The position numbers were made by a program, and so were the translations under genes. The notes beneath the pieces were generated by a model. That model worked only from the letters and a program-made list of their open reading frames with translations. It made no database searches and was not told where the DNA came from. Below are positions 11,484 to 21,722 of a DNA stretch of 64,000 nt, one piece after another. Origin of the DNA: Gemmatales bacterium (GTDB lineage Bacteria; Planctomycetota; Planctomycetia; Gemmatales; HRBIN36); the NCBI GenBank assembly GCA_041640595.1, contig JBEPZY010000003.1, positions 116,773 to 180,772 on the forward strand. The letters are read 5' to 3'. Every line of letters starts with the position of its first letter. Within the stretch, counting starts at the first letter, position 1.

Positions 11484-11509
11484 ACAATGTTTCCTTCTTG
11501 CTGTTCATT

Positions 11510-11688
11510 TTATTCAATTTTCTGAATAATAAAGCGTACACCTTTCTCTTTCGCATACTCCATAAGCTCTTCCAGCCACAGCACTCGCTGCTCGGGTTTT
11601 CTGTGGTGGAACTGCGTCTTTGCCACCGCATAGCATGATCGGCGATCTCCCCTCCGAATGAACAACTCTATTTTGCTGGCGATCCTGG
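11510..11688 (-). pseudogene. Start-less C-terminal fragment of a CdiA-CT-like nuclease toxin
   Basis: Frame not in the ORF track reads RIASKIELFIRRG...WLEELMEYAKEKGVRFIIQKIE*; interrupted upstream by a TGA inside the 34-bp repeat. Confidence 0.5.
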
Positions 11689-11795
11689 TTAGGATCGGTC
11701 CCCGCTCCGCTCACCGTATCCGCCTCTCACACGCATGCCGCAACCCCGCAGTTCTCCACGACTCGGATCGGTCCCTGTGCTCGGGAATGGAGTTG

Positions 11796-11897
11796 GTTCG
11801 TCGAATTGTGATCGCCCGTCGAAGGACTCGACGTCGATGCGAAGGCAAGTGCTCGTTCTGCGGATGTTCGTGGAATCGTGCTTGCCCGTCGAAGGAC
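11796..11897. CRISPR. CRISPR-like mini-array: two 32-bp repeats, one 38-bp spacer
   Basis: GTTCGTCGAATTGTGATCGCCCGTCGAAGGAC (11796-11827) and GTTCGTGGAATCGTGCTTGCCCGTCGAAGGAC (11866-11897), 28/32 identical. Confidence 0.5.
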
Positions 11898-11927
11898 CTG
11901 TCAGGTTCGATCGCCGACGGGTCTCGC

Positions 11928-12878
11928 TTAGCGGTTGGCCGGTTTGTAGGGGTAGATTTTGGCGATGCGGGCGGCTTGTTCCTCATAATCCGCCGGTGGA
12001 TCCTGGAAACCTTCGATTCGCCACAGAACGAGCGTTTGCCGACCTTCGGGGGAATCTTTCGCGGTCAATAACGCCTTGCGAAATTCCTGCACTGGTTGTT
12101 CGAGTTCCTGGCGTGGCCGATACGCCACTGCCGGCAGCGGAAATTCCGGTGAGCTTTCCAGCTCCCGTAATCGCTTGAACCGACCGGGACGTTGCTGGCG
12201 ATAGACCTCCACCTGCCCGCTGCTGACCAGGGTCAGATCGGCTTTACCTTCGATAACTGCTTCGATAGCGTCTTCGGCATTCTTGACTTCCAGCACACGG
12301 AAAAACTTATCGGCCGGCTGCGGCAGGCGGCGCTCCAGGTAGAGCCGAAGATGCTGCGGTAGCTTACTGGCCAGGGCGAGTGTCTTGCCTTGTAAATCGT
12401 CGGGCGATTTGGCCGGGTTGCCTTGCTGAACCAGGAAAACCGCCTGGAGTTTGGGCGTGCTGGCTGTGGCAATCAGTAACGGACGCAGATCGCGGCACAG
12501 GGGTTTGATCCAGCCATACTCCGGGCCATGCAAGACCAGCACCTGAATATCTCCCGCTTCCAAGGCTTTGACGGCGTGCTCAATATCCCGAATCACGACA
12601 AACCTTCCCTGCACACCGGCGCGTTTACTGACCACATCGGCGAACGGTTGCATCTGGGCCAGGATGGTTTTTTCGTCTCCCTGATCGAAAAGACTGGCCA
12701 GCATGCCGATACCCACCCGTTCTTGCAGCAGTCCGGCTGCGGTTTCACGCAGGCTGAGCCAGCCGGTCAGAACCAGGGTGAGTGCTGCCAGGCACATCCA
12801 TCCGAAGCGCCAGCCGAACCACCAGCCCCTTCTCGGCGATAACGGCGATATTTTTCGTCCACATTGAGCGGTCAGCAT
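11928..12878 (-). CDS. PhnD/SsuA-family ABC substrate-binding protein
   Basis: Signal-like N-terminus; DDLQGKTLAL, DAIEAVIEGKAD, SPEFPLPAVAY motifs. Confidence 0.8.
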   Translation of the reverse strand: MLTAQCGRKISPLSPRRGWWFGWRFGWMCLAALTLVLTGWLSLRETAAGLLQERVGIGMLASLFDQGDEKTILAQMQPFADVVSKRAGVQGRFVVIRDIEHAVKALEAGDIQVLVLHGPEYGWIKPLCRDLRPLLIATASTPKLQAVFLVQQGNPAKSPDDLQGKTLALASKLPQHLRLYLERRLPQPADKFFRVLEVKNAEDAIEAVIEGKADLTLVSSGQVEVYRQQRPGRFKRLRELESSPEFPLPAVAYRPRQELEQPVQEFRKALLTAKDSPEGRQTLVLWRIEGFQDPPADYEEQAARIAKIYPYKPANR

Positions 12879-12900
12879 GGGAGCGTCTCCATCGAGGACG

Positions 12901-13734
12901 TCATTTGATACCGAGTTTGGCGGCTACTTTGGGGTCCACGGCTTTTATCGCTTCGGCAACTTTTTGCCGCACGCTGTCGTACTGGCTGTTGTCTTCGTAG
13001 CAGCGAATCAGGGACAGAAGCGGTTCCCCTTTCGGCGGGATTTGCGGAGCCAGGTGAACCAGAGCACGAGCAGCGCCGATACGAACGATGTATTCCGAAT
13101 CGTACAAAGCACTGGCCAGGGCAGCGGCAGCTCCTTTTGCTTGCGGCCCGATTCCTGCTAAACCTTCGGTGGCAGCCCAGCGGAGCCAGGGATCAGGATC
13201 CTGCAGAGCCTTGAGCAACGTCGGAGTAGCGGCGACGGCATCGGGACCGATGTTGCCGAGAGCCACCGCGGCTGCCCATCGCACTTTATCCACTGCTCTC
13301 TGGTTCAGAATGATTTTTTCCAGTTCGGGAACCGTATCCTTGGCGGCAGGCCCAATGCGACCCAGGGCCGCGCAGGCCCACTCCTGAACGTCCGGATCGG
13401 GATCGTGGAGAAGTTTTCGCACCACCGGAACGGCTATGGCTGCCCGCGGCCCGATACCGCCGATAGCCCGTAACGCCTCTTTGCGTGCATCGGCATCTTC
13501 GGAGGCCAGTTGCGATATCCAGTGGCTTAGCGGCCGATTCTCGAAAACCGGTTCGTCCTTGACGGTCTTCGGATCGTTCGCCTGGTTGTCAACCTGTTGC
13601 TCTCGCTTGTCAGAAGGTGTACCGTTCGGATCGCGGCTGGCGAGGCGGTTCTGGCAGCCCTGCACCAGCAGGTGCAGCGCCAGCAGCAATACCATCATCC
13701 AGGCAGACAGGGATCGGGTGGTGGCTGATTTCAT
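12901..13734 (-). CDS. HEAT-repeat putative lipoprotein
   Basis: LVQGC lipobox-like sequence; repeated AAxALGxIGPxA units. Confidence 0.85.
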   Translation of the reverse strand: MKSATTRSLSAWMMVLLLALHLLVQGCQNRLASRDPNGTPSDKREQQVDNQANDPKTVKDEPVFENRPLSHWISQLASEDADARKEALRAIGGIGPRAAIAVPVVRKLLHDPDPDVQEWACAALGRIGPAAKDTVPELEKIILNQRAVDKVRWAAAVALGNIGPDAVAATPTLLKALQDPDPWLRWAATEGLAGIGPQAKGAAAALASALYDSEYIVRIGAARALVHLAPQIPPKGEPLLSLIRCYEDNSQYDSVRQKVAEAIKAVDPKVAAKLGIK

Positions 13735-13835
13735 GGGGCGCAAACTCCGTTACCGGGTTGGCTGACGTTCTTTGCGCAGACCCTCTGCGCCGATTCAGTT
13801 TCAGACTAGCAAAACGGCAACGGCAAAGCAATGGC

Positions 13836-15185
13836 CTAATCGCCGCGGAGTTTCAGGCCCAGTTCGCTGAGTTTTTCCCGCACCTCGTTGAGCGAAGTCA
13901 CGCCGAAATTCTTAACTTCCAGCAGCTGGTCGGCGGTGTAATTGATGAGGTCGCCGACGGTTTGAATTCCCAGCTTGGCCATGGCTTTGCGCGGACGGAC
14001 ACTGAAGTTCAGTTCGCTGATCGGTTTCCTGAGCAATGCCTGTTGTTGTTCGGAAAGAGCGGAAGCCTGTGCGGGCACCTCGCGGAAACGGGGATCGTAT
14101 TTGGCCCCTTCTTCCAGTGCCTGGCCAATTCGCAGCCCTTTCGATTCCATGATGGCCCGCAACTCTTTGAGAGAGGTTTCGCCGAAGTTTTTGCTGGCCA
14201 GCAGTTGCGCTTCGCTCACCCGGGTCAGATCGCCGAGCGTGCGAATGTTCATCTTTTCCAGGCAGTTGCGGACACGGACGGAAAGCTCGAAATCGGTCAC
14301 CGGCGTGTCCAGGATTTGGGCGAGTTTCTCCTGGCTGGGCTTGGGCTCTTCCTTGATGAAACTGGTGCGGGAAGCCAGGGCGTCTTTCAGGAACAACCGT
14401 GCCCGTTCATCTGTCGGAAACGCTTGCACGATTCGTTCGTAACACTGCACCGCCCGGTCGTACTGGTTGTTATCTTCGTAGAGCACGCCCAGGTTGTAGA
14501 GCGCACCGAGATGGGCGGGCGGTTGTGCGACACAGCGTTCCAGGCAGTGGATGGCTTCCTCGTCGTTGCCGGCCAGGTCGTTCAAAAATCCTAACTCGAA
14601 CCAGGCGCCGGCATGGTTGGGGTCAAGCTCGACCGCACGTTCGAAATGATGTGCGGCCTGCTCGCGCTGGCCTTCTTCCAGCAACAACTTGCCGAGCTGA
14701 TAATGGTATTCGCCGCTATGCGTGCTCAGGTCGCGGAGCTTGTCGAGGACCTCTCGAGCCTGCTGCAATCGGCCCTGTCGGCGATACACTTCTGCACGCA
14801 ACAACTGCACCTGGCTGGCGGTGTAGCCGGCTTTCTCAGCACGATCCAGCGCTTTCAGAGCATCGTCCCATTCTTGTAAACTGATCAGAGCCCGCGCCAG
14901 GTAAAAATTCGCCAGAGCTCCTTCCGCCTGTTTGAGATGTTCCACCGTATCGCGCGTGCGGCCGAGAAAGTAGGAAGCGATACCGAGCTTGAGATGCCAG
15001 CGTTTGGCTGCTGCACCGGAAGCCTGGGCGAGCTTTTGTTTCATCGCCTCCACAGTTTCCCGCAGCACCCGGTACTGAGCCGGGCTATGCGTCAGCGCTT
15101 GCCGCAACTGTTGCACCGTTCCTGCATCACACTCTTCGCGTTCCAGAAACAGCGATTTGACATCCCGCCTGAGTGTCTCGACCAT
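13836..15185 (-). CDS. TPR protein with two C-terminal RNA polymerase alpha-CTD-like domains
   Basis: TPR repeats followed by ELSVRVRNCL..NFGETSLKEL and NFSVRPRKAM..NFGVTSLNEV. Confidence 0.9.
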   Translation of the reverse strand: MVETLRRDVKSLFLEREECDAGTVQQLRQALTHSPAQYRVLRETVEAMKQKLAQASGAAAKRWHLKLGIASYFLGRTRDTVEHLKQAEGALANFYLARALISLQEWDDALKALDRAEKAGYTASQVQLLRAEVYRRQGRLQQAREVLDKLRDLSTHSGEYHYQLGKLLLEEGQREQAAHHFERAVELDPNHAGAWFELGFLNDLAGNDEEAIHCLERCVAQPPAHLGALYNLGVLYEDNNQYDRAVQCYERIVQAFPTDERARLFLKDALASRTSFIKEEPKPSQEKLAQILDTPVTDFELSVRVRNCLEKMNIRTLGDLTRVSEAQLLASKNFGETSLKELRAIMESKGLRIGQALEEGAKYDPRFREVPAQASALSEQQQALLRKPISELNFSVRPRKAMAKLGIQTVGDLINYTADQLLEVKNFGVTSLNEVREKLSELGLKLRGD

Positions 15186-16114
15186 GGTCGAATCTCCCGG
15201 ACTTGTTCGCTTTCACGCTTTTCGGTTGCCAGTAGGGCACCGCGTAGATGTTAGCGGAGACCTACACCATGCTTCGCCTGCCAGGCATTGCCATCGTGCG
15301 GCATTCGCTAAGAACGCCCATGCCTGTCCCGTATTGTACGCAGGTGCACAATACGGTCCTTTCACTGCCTTGCCGGCGATCATGCGTACTCAAATGGGCC
15401 GCCGGACACCCTACTGGAGTTCGGGCAGGCGGGAAAATGATAAACAGCAGTGAGCTTCCTGGCAAGCCAGCCCGCTACATAGACCGACCACGGGATCAAT
15501 GTCGCCCACCGCTGGTACCTGCCGGCTGGCTCGCAGTCCGTGCCGGGCAAGCTGGCGAAAACCAACCTGAAGTAGCGGCGTAGATTCCACGAAAATGTGT
15601 TTTTGCTGAGAAGTGGCCTTGACAAGTGCCCCACCTGGTTGCGTATTGTTTTATAGAGTGTGTCGCTGAAGCAGCGACCGGGAACGTCAGGGACGGCCGA
15701 CCCGCAGTCCGCGATTCAGGAAGCGAGCGAAGCGACGCAGAGAACGAGGCTGGGTCGCTGAGGCGGCTCAGGAAGATGGAATCGCAGCCGGCCTGGTTTG
15801 CATCACCGCAACCCTGGCCAAGGGTGAAGCGGTTGCCTCTCTTCGGGCCGGACGGACTATTCCCGACGATTTGACACCCGACCTAACGCCTGGCTCCCCG
15901 AGCTGGGGCACGCCAGCCTCTCTGCGAACCGCCTGCTCCTATTGAGCAGCAGCCTGCTTGCGGTTCGCCTGCTTTTCGTTCCACGCTCGCGTGGTTTGAC
16001 AAACGAATCCCCCAGATATTTTTTCCCGCCGGTGGATCGTGCGCTTCGGTCCAACGGCCCAGCCGTTTTCCCTTCCCCACGAACCACCGATCGGGATTAA
16101 GGAGGCAATACGCT

Positions 16115-18160
16115 ATGGCTTTCGGTCAGGCTATTCTCAGCGAAATCCGCCGTCTGCAGAATCTCCAGCAATACCGCAAAATCCACTGGGAAGGCTCCTT
16201 CTCGGAGTACCTCGACATTGTCAAACAGCATCCCGAGGTCACCCGCACAGCCTTCCAGCGGCTGTACGACATGATCTTGTCGCACGGCACCGAGGAAATT
16301 TTCGAGCATAAGGAAAAAATCATTCGCTACAAGTTCTTCACCGAATGGGCCTCGAAATACGGCGACGCGGTATATGGTCTGGAACGGCCATTGATGCAAT
16401 TGGTCAACACCTTCAAAGCCGCCGCCAAAGGTTTCGGTACTGAACGCCGCGTCCTGCTCCTGCACGGTCCGGTCGGGTCCGCCAAGAGCACCATTGTGCG
16501 CTTGCTCAAACGCGGCCTGGAAGAATATAGCCGCACCGATGAGGGAATGTTGTTTTCGTTCATGTGGAAAAGCGATAAATCCGGCTGGGAAAAGTGCCCC
16601 ATGCACGAAGAACCGTTGCATCTGGTGCCGGTGGAAATGCGGCCGGCGATCCTGGCCCGGCTCAACGAAGGGCGACGCGAAGATGAATTCCAGGTTACCA
16701 TTCGCGGCGAACTGTGTCCGTTCTGCCGGTTCATGTTCAACGAACGCTTGCAGCGCTATGACGGCGATTGGGCGGCCATGGTCGAAAACGAAATCAAGGT
16801 TTATCGCCTGATCCTCTCCGAACAAGACCGCGTCGGCATCGGTACCTTCCAGCCCAAGGATGAAAAGAACCAGGACTCCACAGAACTCACCGGCGATATT
16901 AACTACCGCAAAATTGCCGAATATGGTTCCGACAGTGATCCGCGGGCCTTCAATTTCGACGGCGAGCTCAACATTGCCAATCGCGGCCTGGTCGAATTTA
17001 TCGAGGTGCTCAAACTCGATGTTGCCTTCCTCTATGACCTGCTCTGCGCTTCGCAGGAACACAAAATCAAGCCGAAAAAGTTCGCCCAGTGCGACATTGA
17101 CGAAGTGATCATCGGACACACCAACGAACCGGAGTATCGCAAGCTGCAAAATAACGAATTTATGGAGGCCTTGCGCGATCGCACCGTCAAAATTGACATC
17201 CCCTACGTAACTCGCCTCCGCGACGAGATCAAGATTTACGAAAAGGACTTTAACCCCGAACGAGTCAAGGGCAAGCACATCGCTCCGCACACCATCGAAG
17301 TGGCCGCTATGTGGGCGGTCCTGACTCGCTTAGTGCCTCCGAAACATGCCAATCTCACCTTGTTGCAGAAACTCAAGCTCTATAACGGCAAGACTCTGCC
17401 CGGCTTCACCGAAGATAATATCATCGAGCTGAAGCGTGAGGCTCCGCATGAAGGCATGAGTGGCATCAGCCCACGCTATATCCAGGATAAGATCTCCAAC
17501 GCCCTGGTGGCCCATCCCGAAGAAACGTGCGTCAACCCGTTTATGGTTCTCCACGAACTGGAAGCGGGATTGCGTCATCACTCCCTGATCACCAGCGAGG
17601 AGCAGTACCGCCACTATAAAGAGCTTCTGCAAGTGGTACGCGAGGAATATGAGGACATCGTCAAGAACGAAGTCCAGCGAGCCATTGCCGCCGATGAAGA
17701 AGCTCTAAGTCGCCTCTGCGCCAACTATATTGATCACGTCAAGGCCTATACGCAGCGCGAAAAAGTTCGCAACCGCTACACTGGCGCTTTTGAAGAACCC
17801 GATGAACGCCTGATGCGTTCCATCGAGGAAAAGATTGACATTCCTGAGAGCCGCAAGGATGACTTCCGCCGTGAAATTATGAACTATATCGGCGCCCTGG
17901 CGATTGATGGCAAGAAATTTGACTATAAGACCAACGAACGCCTGCAAAAGGCCCTGGAACTCAAGCTGTTCGAGGACCAGAAGGATACCATCAAGTTGAC
18001 CAGCCTGGTCTCCAACGTCGTGGATAAGGCTACACAGGAAAAGATAGATGTCGTCAAGAGCCGACTCATTCGCAATTACGGCTACTGCGAAGTTTGCGCG
18101 ACGGATGTCTTGCAATTCGTCGCCAGCATCTTCGCTCGCGGCAGCACCAGCCGAAAATAA
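16115..18160 (+). CDS. prkA: PrkA/YeaG family AAA+ serine protein kinase
   Basis: [51 protein letters not shown]. Confidence 0.93.
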   Translation: MAFGQAILSEIRRLQNLQQYRKIHWEGSFSEYLDIVKQHPEVTRTAFQRLYDMILSHGTEEIFEHKEKIIRYKFFTEWASKYGDAVYGLERPLMQLVNTFKAAAKGFGTERRVLLLHGPVGSAKSTIVRLLKRGLEEYSRTDEGMLFSFMWKSDKSGWEKCPMHEEPLHLVPVEMRPAILARLNEGRREDEFQVTIRGELCPFCRFMFNERLQRYDGDWAAMVENEIKVYRLILSEQDRVGIGTFQPKDEKNQDSTELTGDINYRKIAEYGSDSDPRAFNFDGELNIANRGLVEFIEVLKLDVAFLYDLLCASQEHKIKPKKFAQCDIDEVIIGHTNEPEYRKLQNNEFMEALRDRTVKIDIPYVTRLRDEIKIYEKDFNPERVKGKHIAPHTIEVAAMWAVLTRLVPPKHANLTLLQKLKLYNGKTLPGFTEDNIIELKREAPHEGMSGISPRYIQDKISNALVAHPEETCVNPFMVLHELEAGLRHHSLITSEEQYRHYKELLQVVREEYEDIVKNEVQRAIAADEEALSRLCANYIDHVKAYTQREKVRNRYTGAFEEPDERLMRSIEEKIDIPESRKDDFRREIMNYIGALAIDGKKFDYKTNERLQKALELKLFEDQKDTIKLTSLVSNVVDKATQEKIDVVKSRLIRNYGYCEVCATDVLQFVASIFARGSTSRK

Positions 18161-18352
18161 GATACTCACCGACAATCTCGCCATCACCAGCTGCTTAGCC
18201 TCTATGGATTTAGCAGCGCACGAGCAACGGAATCTGGCATCTATCGGCTGCAACCAGGCTTATATAAGCTGAGAAAACTTAGCGGTCTCGGCTTCCGTGA
18301 AACTATTTGGACCAACACACCGGCGATGTTTTCCAGCGAAAGTGAGCCGATC

Positions 18353-19453
18353 ATGGTACAGCGTATTCAGCGTGATTATGAACGATTCCGCAAGATCGTC
18401 CGCGGGAAAATCAAGAGCAACCTGAGCAAGTACATCACCCGCGGCGAACTAATCGGCAAGCGCGGCAACGATCTGGTTAGTATTCCCTTGCCGCAGATCG
18501 AGATTCCGCAGTTTCGTTATGGTTTGAAAGGGCGGGGCGGTGTCGGACAGGGAGATGGCGAGGTCGGTCAACCTCTTGGGCCACCGCAAACGGGCGACGG
18601 TAACCAGGCGGGAGATCAGCCAGGCGGTCATATTCTCGAAGTGGAATTAACCTTAGAAGAGCTGGCCGACATCCTCGGTGAAGAACTCGCCTTACCACGC
18701 ATCGAGCCGAAGGGGCGAAAGAACATCATCACCACGCGGGAACGTTATAGCGGGATTCGTCAGTCCGGCCCCGAATCTCTCCGCCATTTCAAACGCACGT
18801 TCAAGCGAGCGCTCAAGCGGCAAATTATTTCTGGCACCTATGATTTCGAAAAGCCGGTCATCGTTCCTATCCGCGAAGATAAGCAATACCGTAGCTGGAA
18901 AGAAATTCCGTTGCCGCAGAGCGTCGCCGTCATCATCTTGATGATGGACGTTTCCGGTTCCATGACCGATGAACAGAAGGAAATAGTCCGCATCGAGGCA
19001 TTTTGGATAGACACCTGGATTCGCGCCCATTATAAGGGAGTGCAACGGGTCTATATTATCCACGATGCCGTGGCTCAGGAGGTAGATGAACACACGTTTT
19101 ACCATACTCGCGAAAGCGGCGGTACTAAGATCAGCTCGGCTTACGAATTGGCCGACCAGATTATAGATAAGCGATTCCCACCGTCGGACTGGAACGTCTA
19201 TGCGTTCCATTTTTCCGACGGCGATAACTGGGGCGATGATATTCCTCACTGTCTCGAAATGCTGCGTAGCCGCCTGCTGCACAAAGTAAATCTTTTCGGT
19301 TACGGGCAGGTGGAAAGTCCTTATGGCAGCGGAGAATTCTTACATCACATCGAGGAGCTTACTGGCCAGTTCGACAACCTGGTGGTCAGCCACATACCTA
19401 ACCGTGAAGCCATTATTCGCTCTATCAAGGAGTTCCTCGGCAAGGGTAAATAA
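18353..19453 (+). CDS. YeaH/YhbH (DUF444) vWA-like protein
   Basis: [27 protein letters not shown]; located between prkA and spoVR. Confidence 0.92.
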   Translation: MVQRIQRDYERFRKIVRGKIKSNLSKYITRGELIGKRGNDLVSIPLPQIEIPQFRYGLKGRGGVGQGDGEVGQPLGPPQTGDGNQAGDQPGGHILEVELTLEELADILGEELALPRIEPKGRKNIITTRERYSGIRQSGPESLRHFKRTFKRALKRQIISGTYDFEKPVIVPIREDKQYRSWKEIPLPQSVAVIILMMDVSGSMTDEQKEIVRIEAFWIDTWIRAHYKGVQRVYIIHDAVAQEVDEHTFYHTRESGGTKISSAYELADQIIDKRFPPSDWNVYAFHFSDGDNWGDDIPHCLEMLRSRLLHKVNLFGYGQVESPYGSGEFLHHIEELTGQFDNLVVSHIPNREAIIRSIKEFLGKGK

Positions 19454-19572
19454 TCGTGCTATGCCCACGACTAATCAGGCTTAGTGGCCGGCACAATGCT
19501 TAGAACCGCTCTGGCCTGCCGGTCAGCTTAGCTATCTGAACAATAAGCATAGCGGATGAAAAGGATAGACTC

Positions 19573-21150
19573 GTGCAAGACACCATGAGCCTGCTCAATA
19601 CGCCTTACGATACCTCGCTGACACCGGAATTGCGAGCCGTTCAGCAGGAAATCGAGGGGTACGCTCGCGAGTTTGGCCTCGATTTCTTCGAGGTGATTTT
19701 TGAGTTATTAGATGCCGACGACCTGAATGCGATTGCTGCCTATGGCGGCTTTCCGACGCGCTATCCCCACTGGTCGTTCGGCATGGCTTACGAAGAACTC
19801 AAGAAAACTTACGATTACGGACTGGCCAAGATTTACGAGCTGGTGATCAATAATGATCCGTGTTATGCCTATTTGATGCGAAGCAATAACCTGGTGGATC
19901 AGAAGCTGGTGATGGCACACGTGTATGGGCATTGCGACTTTTTCAAAAATAATGCGTTTTTCGCCCACACGAATCGCAAGATGATGGACGAGATGGCTAA
20001 TCATGGCATGCGTATTCGCCGCTATGCCGAAAAATACGGTGAGGATGAAGTGGAGGCGTTTCTGGATAAGTGCAAGAGTATCGAGGACCTGATTGACATT
20101 CATTCCGTGGCGATACGTCGTCGGGAAGAGCAGCCGCGTTTCGATTTCGAGGCGACACGCGAGGAAGAACCTATCCCGGTAACACGGTTCAAAACGAAGA
20201 CTTATTTAGACCCCTATATCAATCCTGAACAACTCCTGCGAGCCGAGGAAGAGCAAAAACGCAAGGAGCGGGAAGCAAGGTCCAAGAATTTTCCAGAGCA
20301 ACCCGAGCGTGATGTATTATTGTTCCTAATGCAGTATGCGCCCCTCAAACCCTGGCAGCGGGATATTCTGGGGATTATTCGTGAGGAGGCCTATTATTTC
20401 GCTCCCCAGGCTCAGACTAAGATAATGAACGAAGGCTGGGCGACTTATGTGCACAGCACGATCATGACCCGGCGGGCTCTGCATCCTTCGGAAGTGATTG
20501 ACTATTGCGATCATCACTCCGGTACGGTGGCGAGTCATGGCCCGCGGCTGAATCCTTATAAGTTAGGTCTGGAGCTCTTCCGCGACATTGAGTTTCGCTG
20601 GAACACCGGACGTTTCGGTAAGGAATATGAGGAGTGCGATGACCTGGAGAAAAAGCGAAACTGGGATTTAGGCTTAGGGCTAGGCAGGCAGAAAATTTTT
20701 GAGGTTCGTCGCACCCATAACGATATTACCTTCATTGACGAGTTTCTGACGCCGGAATTTTGCGTGGAACATAAGTATTTCACCTATGCCTGGAGTGAAC
20801 AAGCGGGTACATTTATTATCGAGTCGCGGGAATTTCAAAAAATCAAGCAGCGGCTTTTGTTCAACCTGACGAACTTTGGCAAGCCGATTATTAGCGTGGT
20901 GGATGGTAATTACCGCAACCGCGGGGAATTGTTATTGCGGCATGAGTATAATGGTGTGGACTTACGCCTGGATCATGCGATCGCCACCCTGGCTAATATC
21001 CAGGCGCTATGGACTCGACCTGTGCATTTACAAACGGTGGTCGAAGGGAAACCGACCCTGATCAGCCATGACGGAGCGGAGCACAGTATGAAGCCTCTGG
21101 GAGACAGCGATGACCCTCGGCGAGATGCTCCAGCAAAAACTCGCAGATAA
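19573..21150 (+). CDS. SpoVR family protein
   Basis: RYPHWSFG, IYELVIN, MAHVYGHCDFFKNN, TKIMNEGWA. Confidence 0.93.
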   Translation: MQDTMSLLNTPYDTSLTPELRAVQQEIEGYAREFGLDFFEVIFELLDADDLNAIAAYGGFPTRYPHWSFGMAYEELKKTYDYGLAKIYELVINNDPCYAYLMRSNNLVDQKLVMAHVYGHCDFFKNNAFFAHTNRKMMDEMANHGMRIRRYAEKYGEDEVEAFLDKCKSIEDLIDIHSVAIRRREEQPRFDFEATREEEPIPVTRFKTKTYLDPYINPEQLLRAEEEQKRKEREARSKNFPEQPERDVLLFLMQYAPLKPWQRDILGIIREEAYYFAPQAQTKIMNEGWATYVHSTIMTRRALHPSEVIDYCDHHSGTVASHGPRLNPYKLGLELFRDIEFRWNTGRFGKEYEECDDLEKKRNWDLGLGLGRQKIFEVRRTHNDITFIDEFLTPEFCVEHKYFTYAWSEQAGTFIIESREFQKIKQRLLFNLTNFGKPIISVVDGNYRNRGELLLRHEYNGVDLRLDHAIATLANIQALWTRPVHLQTVVEGKPTLISHDGAEHSMKPLGDSDDPRRDAPAKTRR

Positions 21151-21583
21151 ACCGGGTACAGCGCCGCAGACCGTTACGGTAGAAGATGCCGGCAGCGGTG
21201 CCCGCGCGGAAGCGGAAGTGGAGGCCTGCGACACGTTCGGTTGCCGACTTCGTGGCCTGCGGGTACAGCGTGGCAGCGCTGGGCAGCACGAACCGTTACC
21301 ACAATGGGCCCAGCGTGTAGCGCGACAGGCGTCCGGCTTACTGGAACCGTTAGCGGTACACGAAATCGACCCCACCCGCGGTGAGGCACGGTTACGCAGT
21401 CAGAGTCCCACGCGCAAAGGGGACGAGGTTCAGTACTACGAAGCGGTCCTGAACAATGCGGGGCAGGCGTCGTTGCATCGCTATCGCGCCAGCCACGATC
21501 CGCACCGACCGCGGGAAATGGTTCCTTTCACCGTTACCCACGAAGCTGCGGGCAAGCTGGTGGACGACCTGATCGGCACGTAG
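21110..21583 (+). CDS. Hypothetical protein coupled to the prkA-yeaH-spoVR operon
   Basis: 157-aa ORF overlapping the spoVR 3' end, GGAG RBS, protein-like composition (LLEPLAVHEID...LRS). Confidence 0.7.
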   Translation: MTLGEMLQQKLADKPGTAPQTVTVEDAGSGARAEAEVEACDTFGCRLRGLRVQRGSAGQHEPLPQWAQRVARQASGLLEPLAVHEIDPTRGEARLRSQSPTRKGDEVQYYEAVLNNAGQASLHRYRASHDPHRPREMVPFTVTHEAAGKLVDDLIGT

Positions 21584-21722
21584 TGAGTCGCGGGTAGCCT
21601 TATTCTGGCCGCGATCCGTCCTGGGATAGGTGACTGAAAAGTGCCAACCCGTTGGCAGTGCCGCTGAAGTTTTTGTTTGCGCGTTGCAGCAGGCGGTTGG
21701 TTTGCAGTCGGAGGCGACGATC

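Larger units (their letters stand above)
10514..11722. repeat. Perfect 34-bp direct repeat pair (10514-10547 and 11689-11722) flanking a toxin-tip/immunity cassette
   Basis: TTAGGATCGGTCCCCGCTCCGCTCACCGTATCCG occurs identically at both sites. Confidence 0.9.

Noticed and set aside
21629..21674. Faint fluoride-riboswitch-like string upstream of the dynamin gene (GGTGAC..AACCCG..GCTGAAG)
   Set aside because: Key consensus positions (GAUG, UUCRCC, UGAUGAC) are missing; a simple TGCCAAC/GTTGGCA hairpin explains it.
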